Assembly (NCBI GenBank): GCA_963663225.1
Contig: OY760142.1
Location: 1,568,001 to 1,632,000, forward strand
From: Nitrospirota bacterium
GTDB taxonomy: Bacteria > Nitrospirota > UBA9217
Reading direction: 5' to 3'
Length of the DNA: 64,000 nt
The stretch's first letter is position 1. Each line of letters starts with the position of its first letter. Shown in pieces: positions 10,011-20,154 of this stretch. Below the pieces are notes generated by a model. It saw nothing but the letters and a program-made list of their open reading frames with translations, did not search any database and was not told where the DNA came from. The position numbers and the translations under genes are program-made.

Positions 10011-10039
10011 ATAATACTCACCATAAAAAAAATCGTCAA
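10011..10039 (-). promoter_or_regulatory. sigma70 promoter facing the NUDIX-lipM genes
   Basis: TTGACG-N17-TATTAT on the minus strand. Confidence 0.6.
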
Positions 10040-10219
10040 GAGAAAACGCCGGATAAAAATACTTGGCAGCTACAGACATTATGGTATAATATTTAAAATT
10101 TTACAGAGATTAAAAAACAGCGGATATTCGTTGAAAAACCGATATTCTCTTTCACTGAGTATAAAACCACACTATTTCAGGCCGCGTTCCGGGGGAGCGA
10201 GGGTCTGAAGGAGGTTGCA

Positions 10220-11944
10220 GTGCAGAAGGAAATGAACGGCGCGGAGATCATGGTCAAAAGTCTTGAGGATCTGGGAGTGACGCATGTTTTCGGCTATACC
10301 GGCGCAACCATACTTCCGGTGTATCATGCTTTGGGACAGAGTTCCATTGCGCTGACGGTCAACTCCAATGAACAGGCATGCGCTTTCAGCGCCGCCGGCT
10401 ACTCCCGGGCTGGCGACAAAGTCGGCGTTACCATCGTGACGTCAGGCCCGGCGATCACCAACACACTCACGGCGGTTGCGGATTCACACGCGGATTCGAT
10501 TCCGTTGCTTGTTTTTGCGGGGCAGGTTTTGCAAAGCAGGCTTGACACCGACGAGTTTCAACATGTTAATGTAAAAGAAGTTTTTGCCATGGCCACGAAG
10601 AAAGTTTTGTTGATTAACGACAGCTCCAATATAGAGGAAACGATTAAAGACGCATATTTTTTTGCAAAATCCGGCAAACCGGGCCCGGTCGTCATCGATT
10701 TCCCCTACGATGTACAGCGCAAGAAGGGTATTTATCGCGCCCTAGATATTGAACGGTACCGTTTAAAATACGATCAAGAGACGCATCTGGGCGGACACCA
10801 GTGCAGAAAATTTTTTGACCTGCTCAAGAACTCCAAGCGGCCGCTTCTGTATATCGGCGGCGGGCTTAATTCCCGGAAAGCCAGCGATAAGATCCGTGCA
10901 TTTGACCGGATGTTCAATATTCCCTCCATCAACAGCCTCATGGGAAAAGGCATTCTTGATGAATCGCTCGGAACGTCTCTCGGCATGCTCGGCATGTTCG
11001 GCACTCCGTATGCCAACATGGCCATTCAGGAGACGGACCTGTTCGTCGCGCTGGGCGTCAGGTGGAATGACCGGGTGGTCCAGAAGGTCGGTGAGTCAGG
11101 CCTCAAGGCGGAAATTGCCTATATCGACATTAATGCGGAGAAAGTGCAGGAAGTGCGGGTGACCCGCAACCCGAAGTTTTCCTTCATTGGCGATGCGAGC
11201 ACGGTCCTCGAAGATTTGATAGAATACGCGCAAAAAAACCAGATCAAGCTGGATATCGGCGAATGGCAGAAGCGTACCGCTTCCCTGAAACGGCGGTTTC
11301 CGCTCAACTACAACAGACGCGCAGCGGATATTCAGGCCGCGGAGGTGTTGGATCTTCTGTCACAGAACATGACGGAGGATACCAAGATCACGACAGGGGT
11401 CGGCAATCATCAGATGCTTGCCGCCCAATATCTGAAGACGGCGCGCCCGAAATCGTTTATGACCGCCGGAGCATTCGGGTCCATGGGTTTTTCCCTGCCT
11501 GTTGCCATCGGCGTGCATTTCGCAAATCCCACGTCACGGGTGATCGCCATTGATGGAGACAGCAGCATTAAAATGAACATGGGAGAGATCCATACCATCG
11601 GGGCCCTAGGGATTCCCATAAAAGTGCTGCTTCTGAACAACAGGGTGGATGGCATGGTGCGGACCATTCAGGCGGTGTTTTATGACCGCCAGTTTACCGC
11701 AACAGAGCGTGACTTTGACGCGAACTTTGCGAATATTGCCAAAGAGTGCGGTTTTCAATGGTGCCGCAAAATCCGGAAGCATGAAGAATTGGAGCCTTCT
11801 CTCAAAGAATTTCTGGCTGCGGAAGGCCCCTGCTTTCTCGAAGTCATCACCGACCGGGATGAAGGAGTTTATCCGGTGATTCCGCAGGGCAAGGGGTATA
11901 AAGACATGGTCCTTGGCGATTATATCAAAGAAGTTAAGGAGTGA
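10220..11944 (+). CDS. ilvB: Acetolactate synthase large subunit-like ThDP enzyme
   Basis: TSGPAITN, SGKPGPV, LGMLGMFG, VGNHQM, GSMGF, GDSS...NN ThDP motif; SD GGAGG before GTG. Confidence 0.82.
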   Translation: MQKEMNGAEIMVKSLEDLGVTHVFGYTGATILPVYHALGQSSIALTVNSNEQACAFSAAGYSRAGDKVGVTIVTSGPAITNTLTAVADSHADSIPLLVFAGQVLQSRLDTDEFQHVNVKEVFAMATKKVLLINDSSNIEETIKDAYFFAKSGKPGPVVIDFPYDVQRKKGIYRALDIERYRLKYDQETHLGGHQCRKFFDLLKNSKRPLLYIGGGLNSRKASDKIRAFDRMFNIPSINSLMGKGILDESLGTSLGMLGMFGTPYANMAIQETDLFVALGVRWNDRVVQKVGESGLKAEIAYIDINAEKVQEVRVTRNPKFSFIGDASTVLEDLIEYAQKNQIKLDIGEWQKRTASLKRRFPLNYNRRAADIQAAEVLDLLSQNMTEDTKITTGVGNHQMLAAQYLKTARPKSFMTAGAFGSMGFSLPVAIGVHFANPTSRVIAIDGDSSIKMNMGEIHTIGALGIPIKVLLLNNRVDGMVRTIQAVFYDRQFTATERDFDANFANIAKECGFQWCRKIRKHEELEPSLKEFLAAEGPCFLEVITDRDEGVYPVIPQGKGYKDMVLGDYIKEVKE

Positions 11945-12018
11945 GGTGCAGAATTAAAGCAGCGCAGCACGCAGCAGGAGTGGAAAAGAGCAGAGGTTCA
12001 TTGTTGCCAGGGGAAAGC

Positions 12019-12570
12019 ATGAAAAGAGGCTTGTATGTTGTCATTATTTTGAGCGTGCTATTTTTTCTGCATGATTTGTCGCATGCTGCTACTGCCGTTC
12101 AGGAATATCACAAGGCCAACAAGCTGTTTACCGCTGGAAATTATTCGAAAGCGATCACACTGTACCAATCGCTGCTTGCCGGTCCTCCCCGCGGCGTCTC
12201 GACAAGCGTCCTTCATACGCGAATCGCAGACTGCTATTTCCGGCTTGAAGACTATCGAAATGCACGGGAATCGTATCGCAAGGCCCTCACCGAACAGGAT
12301 GAGGCAGAGCGGCCGGCCACTCAGTACTGGATCGGGTTCAGCACGCTTTTAATGGGAAAAGACGCTGAAGCGCTGGACGAATTTTTGAAAATTCCCGAAC
12401 AATATCCCGATTCCGGCATGTGGGTCAGCACCGCCTACTATTGGGCCGGCAGAGTATGCGACCGCATGGGAAAGAAGAAACAGGCGAAAGACTATTTTCG
12501 AAAAGCGGGTGGACGCGGCAAGTCCGCGCAGGAACGGTTTGCGTTGGAAAAATCTAAAGCAGCAGAATAA
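12019..12570 (+). CDS. Exported TPR protein (BamD/CpoB-like)
   Basis: Signal peptide followed by TPR repeats (ADCYF, QYWIG, YPDS, AYYWAG). Confidence 0.75.
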   Translation: MKRGLYVVIILSVLFFLHDLSHAATAVQEYHKANKLFTAGNYSKAITLYQSLLAGPPRGVSTSVLHTRIADCYFRLEDYRNARESYRKALTEQDEAERPATQYWIGFSTLLMGKDAEALDEFLKIPEQYPDSGMWVSTAYYWAGRVCDRMGKKKQAKDYFRKAGGRGKSAQERFALEKSKAAE

Positions 12571-12643
12571 ATCTGAACACCTGCAAGGGACAAGGACAGC
12601 ACACCGCGTTTCTGCGGGTTTTTGAACAAGGCCTTGGGTTATT

Positions 12644-14344
12644 ATGCTGAAAGAGCTGAATATAAAAAACTTTGCCATTATTGAAGAACTGCGGGTATCG
12701 TTTACGCCCGGACTGAATGTGTTCACCGGCGAGACCGGCGCCGGTAAGTCCATTGTAGTGGACGCTCTCAACCTTGTGCTGGGAGAGCGCGCAAGCGCCG
12801 ACCTTATACGCACCGGATGTCCGGAGTCGGTAGTCGAAGCGGCATTTGAGCTGAACCGGGCCGTTGCCGGGGAAATCCGGGGTCTGCTTGCAGAGCAGGG
12901 GATTGCCGCGGATCCCCAGGAAGACCTTATTGTACGCCGGGTGCTTTCAGCTTCGGGAAAGAACAAGGTCTATATCAACGGGAGCATGGCCACGCTTGCA
13001 ACGCTTGCGGCTCTGGGGTCAATCCTGGCCGACATTCACGGCCAGCATGAACACCAGTCATTGCTTTCCCTTGAACGGCAGATGGCGATGCTTGATTCTT
13101 TTGGCGGGCTTGCGCCTCTCCGGGAGACACTGGCCGCTGCCTACTACCGGCTGCAAGACCTTCGGGTGGAACTTGCCGGACTGGAAGCTGGCGAGCGGGA
13201 TCGCGCGCAGCGGGAAGACATGCTGCGATACCAGAAAAACGAAATCGAAGCCGCAGCGCTCAAACCCGGTGAAGACGAGCAACTCGCCCTGGAGCAGAAA
13301 GTGCTGGCAAATTCGGAAAAGCTCGCCGGCCTTTCCCGCGCCGCGGACGAGGCGCTCTATGCGTCCGATGAATCGGCCCTGGCCTGTTTGAAGAAGGCGA
13401 TGACCAGTCTTCGGGAGATTGCCGCGATTGACGCCCGCCTTGCTCCGGTCCTTGAACTCTGCGAAGCAGGCCGCGCGCAGATCGAGGAAGCAGCGCGCGA
13501 AGTTTCCTCGTACGCGGACCGGGTGGAATTTGATCCCGACCGGCTGGAGATGATCGGAGACCGCCTGGATCTGCTCCAAAAACTCAAAAGAAAATACGGC
13601 GCCACCGTCGAGGACGTCATCGCTTTTGGCAACAAGACAACTGCCGAACTCGAGCGCATGGAGCGCAGCACCGAGAAGATTGAACAATTGAAATCGGATA
13701 TCCGGACAGCGAAGGCCGGTTTGACCGGCATGGCGCAGGAGCTTACGCAACGCCGCACGGCCGCTGCGCGGGATCTTGAGAAAAAAGTTGGTGCGGAACT
13801 CGCCCAACTTGGTATGAAGAACACAAGACTGAACATCGCAATCACGCAGGGACCGGGTGACGATACGCTTGACGGTCACGCGCTCGGGCCGCGCGGCGCG
13901 GATCGGGTGGAATTTCTTATCGCGCCGAACCCGGGAGAGGATCCGAGGCCGCTTGCGAAAATCGCCTCAGGAGGAGAGCTTTCCCGCATCATGCTCGCCC
14001 TTAAAACCATTCTCGTGGAGGGTGACGGAATACCCACCCTTGTTTTTGACGAGGTGGACGCCGGAATCGGGGGCGCTGTCGCAGAAGAAGTCGGAAAAAA
14101 ATTGAAGCGTGTCGCGTCGAACCATCAAGTTTTCTGCATTACGCACCTGCCCCAGATCGCGAGTATGGCATCAAGCCATTACGGGGTAATGAAATTTGTA
14201 AAAAAGGAACGCACGCATACCGAGGTACGCTTGCTGGGCAGGAAGGATCGAGTAGACGAGATCGCGCGCATGCTTGGCGGCAAGACCATCACGGAAGCGA
14301 CTTTAAAACACGCCGAAGAAATGATCGTCCAAGGATCTGAGTGA
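12644..14344 (+). CDS. recN: DNA repair protein RecN
   Basis: GETGAGKS Walker A, IHGQHEHQ, ASGGELSR signature, FDEVDAGIGG, ITHLPQIA. Confidence 0.97.
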   Translation: MLKELNIKNFAIIEELRVSFTPGLNVFTGETGAGKSIVVDALNLVLGERASADLIRTGCPESVVEAAFELNRAVAGEIRGLLAEQGIAADPQEDLIVRRVLSASGKNKVYINGSMATLATLAALGSILADIHGQHEHQSLLSLERQMAMLDSFGGLAPLRETLAAAYYRLQDLRVELAGLEAGERDRAQREDMLRYQKNEIEAAALKPGEDEQLALEQKVLANSEKLAGLSRAADEALYASDESALACLKKAMTSLREIAAIDARLAPVLELCEAGRAQIEEAAREVSSYADRVEFDPDRLEMIGDRLDLLQKLKRKYGATVEDVIAFGNKTTAELERMERSTEKIEQLKSDIRTAKAGLTGMAQELTQRRTAAARDLEKKVGAELAQLGMKNTRLNIAITQGPGDDTLDGHALGPRGADRVEFLIAPNPGEDPRPLAKIASGGELSRIMLALKTILVEGDGIPTLVFDEVDAGIGGAVAEEVGKKLKRVASNHQVFCITHLPQIASMASSHYGVMKFVKKERTHTEVRLLGRKDRVDEIARMLGGKTITEATLKHAEEMIVQGSE

Positions 14345-14452
14345 TCGCCTGATCCGCAAAATCTTTTCTTGACAAAATACGGTTTTTCAGCAACTATTCA
14401 AGTTCCCGCATAAAACGGGAATATCGGATGGCAGAGAAGGGCAATCCCTACC

Positions 14453-15910
14453 ATGAGCAAAACTATTAAAAAAGTTCTTATCGCCAATCGCGGCGTTCCT
14501 GCTGTACGGATCATGCATACGTGCAGGGACAGAAAAATTCCGACTACTGCTGTTTACAGCACTCCCGACAGGCTTGCGCATCACGTGTTTTTCGCGGACA
14601 GCGCCGTGCACATCGGGGAAGCGCCGCCTGTCGAGTCCTATCTGAACATGGACAAAATTATCGAGGCGGCGCTCCGCAGCAAGGCCGATGCAATCCATCC
14701 GGGATGGGGCTTTCTTTCCGAGAACGATGCGTTTGCGCAGCGGGTCATTGATGCTGGACTGACGTGGATCGGACCGTCTCCTGAAGTGATCCACAAGATG
14801 GGGGACAAAATTCAGGCCAAGCTGCTTGCCCAGAAGGCCCATGTCCCCACCATCCCCGGGATCAGCGATGTCACGACCGGAGACCAGATTGAACAATGGA
14901 TGAAGCAGGAAAAAATTTCCTTTCCTATTATGATCAAGGCCGCGGCAGGCGGCGGCGGGAAAGGCATGGTCAAGGTTGAGCACAAGGGGCAGATAGAACA
15001 GGCCCTTACCCAGGCGCGGTCGGAGGCTAAAAAATCTTTCGGTTCTGAAACTGTTCTGGTGGAAAAATACATAGAGCGCGGACGGCATATTGAGGTTCAA
15101 ATTGTCGCCGACACGCACGGAAATGTAGCGCATCTCTTTGAACGGGAATGCACCATCCAGAGGAGACACCAGAAAATCATCGAAGAAGCGCCTTCGCCCA
15201 CGCTCGATGACGGACTCCGCCAGGAAATCTGCTCCACTGCGGTGCGGCTTATGAAGGAAATCGGATACACGTCGGCAGGCACCGTCGAATTTCTGTTTGA
15301 TTCGGCAACGAGAAAATTTTATTTCATCGAGGTCAATACCCGGCTGCAGGTGGAGCATGGCATCACCGAGCTGACGATCGGCATGGACATTGTCGGGATC
15401 ATGCTTGATGTCGCCATGGGAAAGAAACTGCCGTTCAAACAGTCTGACGTGCACCGCAACCGGTGGGCCTTGGAAGTGCGTCTGAATGCCGAGCATCCGC
15501 GGACTTTCAGCCCGTCCTTCGGCACCATTACGCGGCTTGAGATCCCCGTCGGGCCGGGCGTTCGCGTGGCATCCGGAGTATACGAGGGGGCTGACATTCC
15601 GCCGTATTATGACTCCCTGTTCATGCTGCTTATGACTACGGGCCCGGACCGCAAAGAAGCGATACAAGCCATGGACCGCTCCATGAGCCGGGGGCTTCGA
15701 GTGGAAGGAATTCATACCCTGGCCCCACTGCTGCACAGCATTATCCGGCACCCCCAGTTTATCTCCGGCGAGTTTTCCACCCGGTTTATAGAAGAACATA
15801 TGGGAGAATTGATAGCCATGTTCCCCGAAAAGAGCAGCGAAGACGAAGTCCTGAAAATTGCGCGATATGTTGCTGAAATATCCGCGCAAGGACCTCAGGA
15901 TTGGATGTGA
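14453..15910 (+). CDS. pycA: Biotin carboxylase subunit (pyruvate carboxylase subunit A)
   Basis: VLIANRG, IHPGWGFLSEN, GGGGKGM, RECTIQRRHQK, EVNTRLQVEH. Confidence 0.88.
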   Translation: MSKTIKKVLIANRGVPAVRIMHTCRDRKIPTTAVYSTPDRLAHHVFFADSAVHIGEAPPVESYLNMDKIIEAALRSKADAIHPGWGFLSENDAFAQRVIDAGLTWIGPSPEVIHKMGDKIQAKLLAQKAHVPTIPGISDVTTGDQIEQWMKQEKISFPIMIKAAAGGGGKGMVKVEHKGQIEQALTQARSEAKKSFGSETVLVEKYIERGRHIEVQIVADTHGNVAHLFERECTIQRRHQKIIEEAPSPTLDDGLRQEICSTAVRLMKEIGYTSAGTVEFLFDSATRKFYFIEVNTRLQVEHGITELTIGMDIVGIMLDVAMGKKLPFKQSDVHRNRWALEVRLNAEHPRTFSPSFGTITRLEIPVGPGVRVASGVYEGADIPPYYDSLFMLLMTTGPDRKEAIQAMDRSMSRGLRVEGIHTLAPLLHSIIRHPQFISGEFSTRFIEEHMGELIAMFPEKSSEDEVLKIARYVAEISAQGPQDWM

Positions 15911-15918
15911 GGAACACG

Positions 15919-17982
15919 ATGAAAAATCCCATCTTTGTGAAACCGGGGATGTCGGCCCGGGAAATTGTCAAGGCGGTCCGTTCTCTCAAGTGCGTGTCGT
16001 TCACATCGGTCAGCATGCGGGACGCCAGCCAGTCCGATTTTAAAAGCCGGATTCGGAGCTACGATTTAAAAACCCTTGCCGCCCATTACAACAACATGGG
16101 GCTGTTCAGCGCGGAGTGCCACGGCGGAGCCCGCTGGCATGTGGGCATCATGAGCAGAAAAGAAAGCCCTTTTGAAGAGACCGCCATTTTCCGGAAGCAC
16201 ATGCCGAATGTGCTGCAACAGACCCTTATCCGGGAGACGAACCTGTGGGGGTATCGCCCCTATCCGAAAAACGTCATCGAACATGTGGTCTCACAGGTGG
16301 ACATTGATGTATGGCGCTGTTTCTCGTTCCTGAACGACGTGCGCAACATGCGCACCGTGGCGGAAGTGGTGATGAAGCGGGGAAAGCTGTTCGAACCGAC
16401 CATAGCGTTCACGGTGGCGGATTGGGCGACCAACGAGTATTACCTCGGCGTCGTGCGGGACATCGTCAGCCTTTGCGGGGGCACCGATGAAATCGTGCTG
16501 TGCATTAAGGACATGGCGGGTGTGGGCGATGTCTGCCGGGTCGGCAACCTGGTAGATGCGATCAAACAAGCGTATCCGGACGTGGTCATCAATTATCACC
16601 GGCACATTACGGACGGCCTTGCGATTCCGGCGTTCCTTTCGGCAGCGCGTGCCGGAGCGATGATTTTCGATGTTGAAGAGGATTCTCTCGTTCGGTTTTA
16701 CGGACATTCGCCGGTGCTCGCGGTGAACGCGATATTTCGGGAGGCCGGAATTCCGGTGCATCTCAACCTGCCGGAAGCGGAAGCAGCCGTGCAAAAAGTC
16801 AGGGAATGGATCGGGCATTATGAATGGGCGGAATCGCCCTTCAAAGGGCTTGACTATACGGTAACGCATCACAGAATGCCGGGTGGCGCCTTCGCCAGTT
16901 CTTTCGAACAGGCGAACAAGGGCGAGTTTCTGCCGCTTATGCCCGCCATCCTGAAGTTTATGTCGCTGTACAACAAAATCGTAAAGTATTTCGACGTTAC
17001 GCCCGGCTCGCAGATTACCTGGGTGACCTGCGGCGGGATCGTGAACCGGTATGCAAAAGAACGGGGTGAAGCGGGGGTCAACCATATTATTGACCTGCTG
17101 AGCCGGTTTGTTGAAGAAAAAAATCAGAATTTTGCCGCCCTGAGCCAAGACGAGCAGGAAGAAATGCTTCAATTGTTCCGGAATGCGCCGGGTGATTTTA
17201 AAAACCTGCTGCTCGGAGATTACGGGAAACTGCCCAGCGGCTGGCCTGCGGACTGGGTCTATCAGAGCACGTTCAACGATGAATGGAAAACGCGCATACA
17301 GGAGCGAACAGAGCTTTCCCCGCTTGAGGCTGTGCCGGATGATGATTTGGACAAGATCCGGCAGGAATTGACCGCCAGAATCGGAAGGGCGGCAACCGAG
17401 GAAGAATTTATTCTCTATTTGATGCATCCGAAAGATTCCCTGGAATTCATTGCCTTCAAGGGGAGCTTCGGCGAAGCACCGCTGGTGCTGCCAACCAATG
17501 TCTGGAGATCGGGCCTGCACAAGCCGGGGGACAGGGTTGATTTCGAGCTTTGGGGAAAACCGTACACCATAGAACTTGTCTCGGTCGGTACGGAGCACGC
17601 GGGCATCATTCATGTCGTGATGAGGATCAACAACAAAACGAAAGTGTATCTTGTTGAGACGCCCCGGGCAAAGAAATCCGAGATACGGATGGCCAAAGGG
17701 CCGCTTGACATCGGGGCGCCGATCAACGGCAGTGTCTGGAGAATCGGCAACGCGGCGCGCGGCGCGGTCAAGGTGGGAGACATCGTGCGCAAGGGAGAAG
17801 AGATCGCGAATCTTGAGGCGATGAAAATGGAAAACGTGATTCTTGCGCCCATTGACGGCCATATCGCAGAAGTCTGTGTTAAGCTGAACGACACGGTACA
17901 GGAAGGCCAGCTTCTCTTTGTGATTGAGAAAAACGCGGGCAAAGCAAAGCTTTCCGAAGAAGAGTGCGTTGTGCAGATGTAA
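15919..17982 (+). CDS. pycB: Carboxyltransferase + biotin carrier (pyruvate carboxylase subunit B-like)
   Basis: MRDASQS, IKDMAG, HRMPGG, VTPGSQ; C-terminal EAMKMEN biotinylation motif. Confidence 0.8.
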   Translation: MKNPIFVKPGMSAREIVKAVRSLKCVSFTSVSMRDASQSDFKSRIRSYDLKTLAAHYNNMGLFSAECHGGARWHVGIMSRKESPFEETAIFRKHMPNVLQQTLIRETNLWGYRPYPKNVIEHVVSQVDIDVWRCFSFLNDVRNMRTVAEVVMKRGKLFEPTIAFTVADWATNEYYLGVVRDIVSLCGGTDEIVLCIKDMAGVGDVCRVGNLVDAIKQAYPDVVINYHRHITDGLAIPAFLSAARAGAMIFDVEEDSLVRFYGHSPVLAVNAIFREAGIPVHLNLPEAEAAVQKVREWIGHYEWAESPFKGLDYTVTHHRMPGGAFASSFEQANKGEFLPLMPAILKFMSLYNKIVKYFDVTPGSQITWVTCGGIVNRYAKERGEAGVNHIIDLLSRFVEEKNQNFAALSQDEQEEMLQLFRNAPGDFKNLLLGDYGKLPSGWPADWVYQSTFNDEWKTRIQERTELSPLEAVPDDDLDKIRQELTARIGRAATEEEFILYLMHPKDSLEFIAFKGSFGEAPLVLPTNVWRSGLHKPGDRVDFELWGKPYTIELVSVGTEHAGIIHVVMRINNKTKVYLVETPRAKKSEIRMAKGPLDIGAPINGSVWRIGNAARGAVKVGDIVRKGEEIANLEAMKMENVILAPIDGHIAEVCVKLNDTVQEGQLLFVIEKNAGKAKLSEEECVVQM

Positions 17983-18362
17983 GCGGTGACTTCTTCTCAA
18001 TTCAATATCACCCGGTATCCTGATGCCGTTTACCAGGTCGCCTGTTACGGGGTGAGAAACAGGAAAAATAAGACTACAGGACCGATAAGCTGCTATACCC
18101 TGTACCGAATAAACGGTATACCAGCAGTTGCAGTACCACATTTTATCCAAAGCAGACAACAACGAAGCCTTCTCTAGTCATGTCTTACGCTGTGAAAACA
18201 ACCCCACCTGGTGGCGCCACCAGACGTGATATCTGCCGGTGAAAGAAGGATTTCCGCCCGTTTTTTGCAGAATCTCCCCTTTACTTTTATTTTTTAATCG
18301 TGCATAATGCATCCTACCTTTTAAGGATAGATTTCCTGTTGTGATTATCGAGGAGGATAGTT

Positions 18363-20024
18363 ATGGCAACCGTGAACAGGTTACCCAGATCTCCCTGGCG
18401 GGCAACAATCGAAAGCGCTTTTTTTGCGAACTCGGTGCGCAAGACAACCATGGGGGACCTTTATAAACTGGCACTTCAGCAGCCGGAAGTGATGGCGACA
18501 TCGCATCCTTTTTACAAACCTTCCCAATTCGGCCTGCCGAAAGATGCAAAAGTGCTTGTCTCAAATGATGGCGGCATTGTCGGCAGAACTGCCCGCGCCC
18601 GCAGGCTGGTGCGCTCAATGGGCAAGGACAGGGACAAATTCCTGCGCATCCTGAGCGAGGTGACGTATCAACTCAACAAACGAGAGTGCCTGTGCCTGGA
18701 AGCAATTGTCGGGATACACAAAGACTTTATGGTAAAAGCGCATCTCCTGAGTCCCGCCACCGATGCGAAGAACATGCTGGACTGGGGATGTAATTTTACG
18801 CCTTGGATGAAACCCTGGAGTGAGACGTACAAAAAATCAAAAAAAATCGACGAACCGGACATCCTGGTGTTAACCGATCCGCAGTGGGCGGACCCTGAGT
18901 TCCCGAACGGGCTTGTGATCATCGACGAGGAGGAAAATTGTATTGCCATCCTCGGGCTTCGCTATTTCGGTGAACGGAAAAAAGGGACGCTCACACTGGC
19001 CTGGACGATCGGCGTCAGGCAGAACATGGTGGCGTGCCACGGCGGCATTAAAACCATCGGCAACCATCCGCCCGTAGCAGTGTTCGGCCTTTCAGGTTCC
19101 GGGAAGTCATCCATTACGAACAGCAGCGACCACGAGGGGACCCTGAAGCCGAGCGAAAAAGTGACGATTATCCATGATGACGCGTTTCTTATCGCCCTGG
19201 ATGATAATATTACCGTAGCGCTTGAGCCCAGCCTGTTCGACAAGACCGATTCCGTGGTATTCCGGGATTCCATCATAAAGTATTTTTATTCCGCACAGAA
19301 CGTGGCCGTGACGGACCTCGGGAGCGGAAAACGCGAGATCGTCGGCCAGGACATCAGAAACGACAACGGTCGTTGCATCAAGTCCCGCGACATGTTTACT
19401 ACCGCCGATTCGTGCAGCAGGCCCAAGCAACTCATCTGGCTTCAGAAAGATCAGTCGCTGCCGCCGGTCATGAAAGTGGCCGACAACGGACTTGCCGTGG
19501 CAATGGGGGCGTCGCTCGCCACGCTCCGAGCGAAGGGTGTTGAAAATGTACCCAAAGAGGAGTTGGCGAAGCTGGTGATCGAACCGTTTGCAAATCCCTT
19601 CCGTGTCCATTCACTGGAAGAGGATTGCCGGCAGTTCTTGAAGCTCTTTAAGCTCGGCACCGAATGTTATATTATGAACACGGGCCATTTCGGTCTGCCG
19701 GGTGAGGAAGTCGATATTCCCAAAAAGCTTTCCCTGAACATTGTCACCCAGGTGGTGCGCGGAAAGATTGAATGGCGTGAATGGAAATCCTTCCCGGGTC
19801 TTTTGCTTCCGGCCAACGGGGTTGATCTCTTCGGCCAGGACTATGACAAAAACTACAAGCCCTCAAAACGGCCTGAATATCTTCAGTTCCTCCGGCACCG
19901 CATGCAGGACCGCATCACGTTTTTGTCGAACAAGCGGGACATCGATCACGACATGGACAGCGCATTTATCGATCCGCTTGTGGCAGCAAGAACCGTGATC
20001 GACAGAACACTGAACCCGTTGTAG
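18363..20024 (+). CDS. pckA: Phosphoenolpyruvate carboxykinase (ATP)-like
   Basis: YFGERKKG, CHGG, FGLSGSGKS P-loop, IHDD, FDKT, EPFANPF; SD GAGGAGG. Confidence 0.82.
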   Translation: MATVNRLPRSPWRATIESAFFANSVRKTTMGDLYKLALQQPEVMATSHPFYKPSQFGLPKDAKVLVSNDGGIVGRTARARRLVRSMGKDRDKFLRILSEVTYQLNKRECLCLEAIVGIHKDFMVKAHLLSPATDAKNMLDWGCNFTPWMKPWSETYKKSKKIDEPDILVLTDPQWADPEFPNGLVIIDEEENCIAILGLRYFGERKKGTLTLAWTIGVRQNMVACHGGIKTIGNHPPVAVFGLSGSGKSSITNSSDHEGTLKPSEKVTIIHDDAFLIALDDNITVALEPSLFDKTDSVVFRDSIIKYFYSAQNVAVTDLGSGKREIVGQDIRNDNGRCIKSRDMFTTADSCSRPKQLIWLQKDQSLPPVMKVADNGLAVAMGASLATLRAKGVENVPKEELAKLVIEPFANPFRVHSLEEDCRQFLKLFKLGTECYIMNTGHFGLPGEEVDIPKKLSLNIVTQVVRGKIEWREWKSFPGLLLPANGVDLFGQDYDKNYKPSKRPEYLQFLRHRMQDRITFLSNKRDIDHDMDSAFIDPLVAARTVIDRTLNPL

Positions 20025-20078
20025 CACGCAGTACGAGTTTTATTGTACGGCAGAATGACATTGGGTGCATGAAAGAAT

Positions 20079-20108
20079 GAGGCCGGGGAGAATTCCCCGG
20101 CCTTTGTT
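20079..20108 (+). terminator. Intrinsic terminator after pck
   Basis: GAGGCCGGGGA-GAAT-TCCCCGGCCTT stem followed by TGTT. Confidence 0.65.
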
Positions 20109-20154
20109 GCTGAAAACGCACCCCTATCCCTTGAACGGGCGGGAGAACATTCCG

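Noticed and set aside
9933-10208. 91-aa ORF upstream of ilvB as a possible attenuator leader peptide
   Set aside because: No SD, it spans the divergent promoters, and no terminator follows before ilvB.
14387-18162. Long antisense ORFs of 500 aa (14387-15889) and 623 aa (16291-18162)
   Set aside because: They lie opposite the well-supported pycA/pycB genes and show no motifs; typical codon-bias shadow ORFs.
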